Source: Candidatus Poribacteria bacterium
GTDB lineage: Bacteria > Poribacteria > WGA-4E > PCPOR2b
Assembly: GCA_963665285.1 (NCBI GenBank)
Contig: OY762266.1
Location: 685,758-749,757 of the forward strand
Direction: 5' to 3'
DNA length: 64,000 nucleotides
Positions 59,784-64,000 of the stretch are shown here, one piece after another (position 1 is the first letter of the stretch; the number at the start of each line of letters is the position of its first letter). A model generated the notes under the pieces. The model had not been told where the DNA came from. It did no database searches and saw nothing but the letters and a program-made list of their open reading frames with translations. The translations under genes and the position numbers were made by a program.

Positions 59784-61123
59784 ATCTTAGCGAACGTCAG
59801 AAGAGGCTGCTTAAGCGCACATTTCTGGACTACCAGCAGACAGCAGAATTTTTCAAGAATCCGCTCATCGTGCAGCGGGCGGAAGGGCTTTACTACTGGG
59901 ATGTGGAAGGCAAGCGTTATTTCGACGGCATAGGCGGGATATTTGTCGCCACGCTCGGACACAAACACCCGCGCCTTATGGCAGCGATGCAGCGACAGAT
60001 GGAAACATTGAGTTTTGTGCCCTCAATGCATGGGATTGCGGATATCACGCTGGATTTTATCGAGAAGTTGGGCGAAGTTACCCCCGGTAATTTGAACTAT
60101 ATCAAACCTTACAGCGGTGGTTCGGAGTCGATTGAATCCGCCATGAAGTTCACCCGTCAGTATTTCAAGCAGAGCGGACAGCCGGGCAAGTACAAGTTCA
60201 TCAGCCGGTATTTTGGGTATCATGGGGCGACCTTCGGTGCCATGTCCGCTAGCGGAACCGGCAAGCGAAAAACCCCGTTTGAGCCACAGATGGGGGGCTT
60301 TCTCAAGGTGTTTCCGCCTACCTACTACCGTGACCGCTTCTCCTCTTGGGAAGAGTGCAACCGCTTCTGTGCACAGATGTTCGAGGACGTGATCATCAAC
60401 GAAGATCCCGATACCGTCGCCGGCATTATCATCGAGCCAATCGGTAACACGGGAGGCATCATCACCCCAACCGCAGAGTATTTTCAGATAGTTCGCGAAA
60501 TCTGCGACCGATATAATGTCATCCTGATCTACGACGAAATTATCACCGGCTTCGCTCGGACAGGGGCTATGTTCGCAGCACAGACCTTCGGTGTGACGCC
60601 GGATATTATCTGTGGTGGCAAGGGGCTTTCAAGCGGGACAATCCCCTTGGGTGCTATGATAGCACGGGAGGACATGGGAGAGGTCTTTTACGGTCCCGCA
60701 GCGGACGACGTGAATTTTGCACACGGTCATACATTTGCAGGCAACCCGCTCGCATGCGCCGTAGGTCTCGCGGTCATAGATGAAATTCTGGAGAAACGGC
60801 TCGATCACAGAGCGCGTGAACTGGGAGATTATCTTGCATCAAGACTTGAGGGATTGAAGGAGTACGATGTTGTCCGTGAAGTGCGTGGCAAAGGTGTGTT
60901 GCGGGGTGTGGAGTTGGTAAAGGATACCCAAACGATGCAACCTTATCCTGAACTGGGAAGAGCTTTGAAACGGACTGCGCTCAAAAACGGTCTAGTTATC
61001 CGCGTTGATCCAACATGGTTTGCGGTGGCACCGGCTTTAATCGCAGAGAAATCGGATATAGATGAACTGTGTGACCTGATTGAAAAGAGCTTGATAGATG
61101 CTCTGAAGCAAGTGCAGCCTTGA
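59780..61123 (+). CDS. Class III PLP aminotransferase
   Basis: GGSESIE, GYHGAT, IYDEIITGFARTG, GKGLSSG, HGHTFAGNP. Confidence 0.92.
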   Translation: MNLSERQKRLLKRTFLDYQQTAEFFKNPLIVQRAEGLYYWDVEGKRYFDGIGGIFVATLGHKHPRLMAAMQRQMETLSFVPSMHGIADITLDFIEKLGEVTPGNLNYIKPYSGGSESIESAMKFTRQYFKQSGQPGKYKFISRYFGYHGATFGAMSASGTGKRKTPFEPQMGGFLKVFPPTYYRDRFSSWEECNRFCAQMFEDVIINEDPDTVAGIIIEPIGNTGGIITPTAEYFQIVREICDRYNVILIYDEIITGFARTGAMFAAQTFGVTPDIICGGKGLSSGTIPLGAMIAREDMGEVFYGPAADDVNFAHGHTFAGNPLACAVGLAVIDEILEKRLDHRARELGDYLASRLEGLKEYDVVREVRGKGVLRGVELVKDTQTMQPYPELGRALKRTALKNGLVIRVDPTWFAVAPALIAEKSDIDELCDLIEKSLIDALKQVQP

Positions 61124-61142
61124 CCCACTCTCAAAAAGGAAT

Positions 61143-61171
61143 TTGACACTTCTCAGAATCCATGATAAGAT
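61143..61171 (+). promoter_or_regulatory. Putative sigma70 promoter
   Basis: TTGACA-17 nt-TAAGAT with extended TG. Confidence 0.55.
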
Positions 61172-61203
61172 TTTTGATAAGGAATGTTTAAGGAGGGAAT
61201 CAG

Positions 61204-62217
61204 ATGCAACCTTTTCTCGATTCGACAGATGTTGTGAATGATGAACTTGAACTGCGAAAACGCGCAGAGCGAGATGGATACCTATTCATCCGTGGACTCG
61301 TGCCGACTGATGTGCTGGAAAACCTGCGGCGGCAGTGTCTTGAGATTGCGCGTGATGCCGGTTGGGTTAAGAAGGACACACCGTTGGAAGATGCAATCGC
61401 AGACATAGATGGCTTTTGCGTCGAACCGCAGCCGGAGTACATGGAAGTGTATTACCACATGTACAAACTCCAAGAGTTTCAAGCGTTACAACACCACCCA
61501 AACCTGATTGGGGTGATGGAGGGGATACTGGGTGAGCCAGTGATGCCACACGCACGCATCATCGGGCGAACGATCTTCCCGCAAAAGGAGGTGTTCACCA
61601 CCCCGCCGCATCAAGACTTTATCCCCATCCAAGGCACAGCAGCCACCTACACCGCCTGGATACCGTTAAGCGACATACCGCCGGAATTAGGCGGACTCCA
61701 GATTGCGTCCGGCTCGCATCGGCGCGGCATCTACGAATTTCAGCCCGCAATGGGCGCCGGTGGGATAGCGATCACCAACCCACTTGAAGGCACTTGGGTA
61801 AATAGTCCGTTTAAGCAGGGAGATGCCCTAATTTTTCACAGCATGGCGGTGCACAAAGGCGTGTCCAACTCCAGCGATCGACTCCGCATGTCAATTGACG
61901 CCCGATACCAGAAAATCAGTGATCCCATTGCACCGGGCAGCTTGCTACCGCACGCCCAGCCTGCCACTTGGGATGAGATCTACGCTGACTCCGATTGGGA
62001 TCGGGACGATCTGAAATACTACTGGCAGAAATGGGATATGGAGGTCAAGGAATACGACAATAGCTACCACGAAAAACGGGATCAGATGGGATTCGAGATG
62101 GCAGAAAAGGGTGACAAACGCGCCGTCTCGGTACTCCAACGGGTGGTCGCCCGTGACACGGATCCGGCGAAACGAGAGAGGGCAGCGGACTTGCTTGCGA
62201 CACTTGGAGCCCAATAA
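61204..62217 (+). CDS. Phytanoyl-CoA dioxygenase (PhyH) family protein
   Basis: RDGYLFIRGL, TPPHQD, TAWIPL, GSH, FHSMAVH, R.SID.RYQ. Confidence 0.9.
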   Translation: MQPFLDSTDVVNDELELRKRAERDGYLFIRGLVPTDVLENLRRQCLEIARDAGWVKKDTPLEDAIADIDGFCVEPQPEYMEVYYHMYKLQEFQALQHHPNLIGVMEGILGEPVMPHARIIGRTIFPQKEVFTTPPHQDFIPIQGTAATYTAWIPLSDIPPELGGLQIASGSHRRGIYEFQPAMGAGGIAITNPLEGTWVNSPFKQGDALIFHSMAVHKGVSNSSDRLRMSIDARYQKISDPIAPGSLLPHAQPATWDEIYADSDWDRDDLKYYWQKWDMEVKEYDNSYHEKRDQMGFEMAEKGDKRAVSVLQRVVARDTDPAKRERAADLLATLGAQ

Positions 62218-62228
62218 ATCTCGTGAGG

Positions 62229-63092
62229 TCACTTCAGATACTTGCCGACCAGCAGATCGAGCTTCTGTTTCGTTGATGCGGGCGTTCGCGTTGGATCTGT
62301 GGCGATAGACTTTTCAAGTGCTTGGGGGCAAGCACAGCCGGCGCGTTTCTCAGGGATTTTGGAGATTACATCCTTGACGATGCGTTTGGCGGTTTCCACA
62401 TTTGCGGACAAATTTTCAAAAATCAATTCCGCCGTGACAGCGTCGTGATCGGGATGCCAACAGTCGTAATCGGTGGAACATGCAAGAACACCGTAACAGA
62501 TTTCTGCTTCACGGGTAAGCTTCGCCTCTGGCGCGGCCGTCATACCAATCACATCAAATCCAAGCTGCCTGTAGACATTCGACTCGGCTTGCGTAGAGAA
62601 GGCGGGACCCTCCATACAGATATATGTACCGCCTTTATGAACGGTTGCACCAACATCGCTGGCACCGTCGTGGAGCAGTTGACTCAAGATAGGACAAAAC
62701 GGGTGGGCGAGACTGACGTGGGCGGAAAGTCCTTCACCGAAAAAGGTACTCACCCGATTCTTGGTGTGGTCATAGAGTTGATCCGGAACAACAAAGTGGC
62801 GTGGCTCGATCTCGGCTCGGAGGCTACCGACTGCGCTTACAGAGATAATCCATTCTACCCCCAAGCTTTTCAAAGCGTAGATGTTGGCACGGACATTAAT
62901 CTCTGATGGAAGCAGCCGATGCCCCACGCCGTGACGCGGTAGAAATACGATACGCGTCCCTTCGATTGTACCTAAAACTAACAAATCGCTCGGTTTTCCA
63001 AAGGGGGTATCAACCTCAATCTCTTCAACGTTTGTTAGTCCTTCCATCTGATAAAATCCTGAACCACCGATCACGCCAATCTTAACACTCAT
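62229..63092 (-). CDS. mtnP: S-methyl-5'-thioadenosine phosphorylase
   Basis: IGGSG, TPFGKPS, RHG..H, EGPAFST.AES, IGMT..PE, TDYDCW. Confidence 0.93.
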   Translation of the reverse strand: MSVKIGVIGGSGFYQMEGLTNVEEIEVDTPFGKPSDLLVLGTIEGTRIVFLPRHGVGHRLLPSEINVRANIYALKSLGVEWIISVSAVGSLRAEIEPRHFVVPDQLYDHTKNRVSTFFGEGLSAHVSLAHPFCPILSQLLHDGASDVGATVHKGGTYICMEGPAFSTQAESNVYRQLGFDVIGMTAAPEAKLTREAEICYGVLACSTDYDCWHPDHDAVTAELIFENLSANVETAKRIVKDVISKIPEKRAGCACPQALEKSIATDPTRTPASTKQKLDLLVGKYLK

Positions 63093-63289
63093 GACTTCTC
63101 CATTCTGGTTAAGGAATTAGGAAAGTGTAGACTATTTCACGTTGCCCATTCCATTTAAGTCAGTATACTTTTTATCGTTGTCGTTAACAAACCCGGAGGC
63201 ATCCCTCAGTACAGCAAAAATGCTTGTTTATTTTATCAGATCGGCACACTGTTTTCAACCGATTTTCAGCAAATAAGGAGATTCAGACC

Positions 63290-64000
63290 ATGAACGGGTT
63301 TGAAAAGGCGATCGCAAAATACAATGGAGAAGGGTTGCACAGCTCGGATATTGAGACAATTCAGGTCAATATCGGACTCAAGTGTAATCTGGAGTGCGTC
63401 CATTGTCACGTGGTCTCCTCGCCTAGACGGAAAGAGATGATGGATTGGGAAACGATGGAGCATGTGATAGCTGCTGCGGAAAAGACAAATGCAAAACTAG
63501 TGGATATTACAGGCGGCGCACCAGAAGTGCACCCACAGTTTCGTCGGTTTGTGAAGACGGTTCGGGAAAAAGGGTTCCCTGTCTTGGTGAGAACCAACCT
63601 CACTATTTTACTTGAACCCGGCTTTGAAACCTTCCCCGCTTTCTTTCGGAAACAATCGGTCCAACTCTGTGCATCTCTGCCCTGTTACCTCGAAGAGAAC
63701 GTTGACACACAACGCGGTACAGGCGTCTTTGAGGAAAGTATCATAGCATTAAAACGCCTCAATAGCTACGGGTATGGAATCGTACCCCATCTTCCCCTGA
63801 ACCTCGTATACAATCCCGTTGGTCCCGTACTGCCGTCCGATCAATCCGAACTTGAAGGGGACTACAGAGAGGAATTGCGATCAAAATACGGTATAGAATT
63901 TACCCATCTGCTGACAATTGCCAATATGCCCATCGGTCGGTTTCGTAGCGACTTGAAGCGAGAGAATTGCCTTGAAACGTATAATCAACTCCTCCGAGAT
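63290..64000 (+). CDS. arsS: ArsS-like radical SAM (arsenosugar biosynthesis family), 3'-truncated; absent from the ORF track
   Basis: AAGGAG RBS; QVNIGLKCNLECVHCHV, DITGGAPE, RTNLT, ASLPCY..ENVD.QRG.GVF, LNLVYNP, NMPIGRF; frame open to the window end. Confidence 0.85.
   Translation, partial: MNGFEKAIAKYNGEGLHSSDIETIQVNIGLKCNLECVHCHVVSSPRRKEMMDWETMEHVIAAAEKTNAKLVDITGGAPEVHPQFRRFVKTVREKGFPVLVRTNLTILLEPGFETFPAFFRKQSVQLCASLPCYLEENVDTQRGTGVFEESIIALKRLNSYGYGIVPHLPLNLVYNPVGPVLPSDQSELEGDYREELRSKYGIEFTHLLTIANMPIGRFRSDLKRENCLETYNQLLRD

Noticed and set aside
63660-63700. Selenocysteine in the ArsS-like protein
   Set aside because: The SLPCY motif uses TGT (Cys), and there is no in-frame TGA in the visible part.

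Overview
64 kb of bacterial chromosome, densely coding and mostly metabolic, transport and cell-envelope genes. The gene content (dockerin-like domain, TPR and Sel1 repeat proteins, PhyH, Gfo/Idh/MocA, FGE-sulfatase, DUF1080) resembles Candidatus Poribacteria; this assignment is inference only. Main results: (1) a hidden selenoprotein, a cobalamin-type radical SAM whose apparent TGA stop reads through as ...WFC-U-AEP... with a bacterial SECIS-like hairpin; (2) an ArsS-type radical SAM missed by the ORF track and divergent from mtnP, suggesting possible organoarsenic chemistry; (3) four IS-type elements (IS701-like, a complete TnpB-only IS200/IS605 element with readable TAM and guide, a frameshifted IS630, and an IS4/IS50-like element inside a palindrome); (4) a dense nested set of MITEs and GTAG-REP palindromes, including an empty-versus-filled CTAG site pair; (5) FRG/TPR and HNH-Sel1 proteins; (6) a decaying defence/TA islet; (7) three tandem half-DMT membrane paralogs with a GT4; (8) a glmM-glmR-glmS cluster; (9) several cryptic pseudogenes. 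No rRNA, tRNA or CRISPR array was recognised. All family assignments come from motif recognition by eye; no database searches were run.
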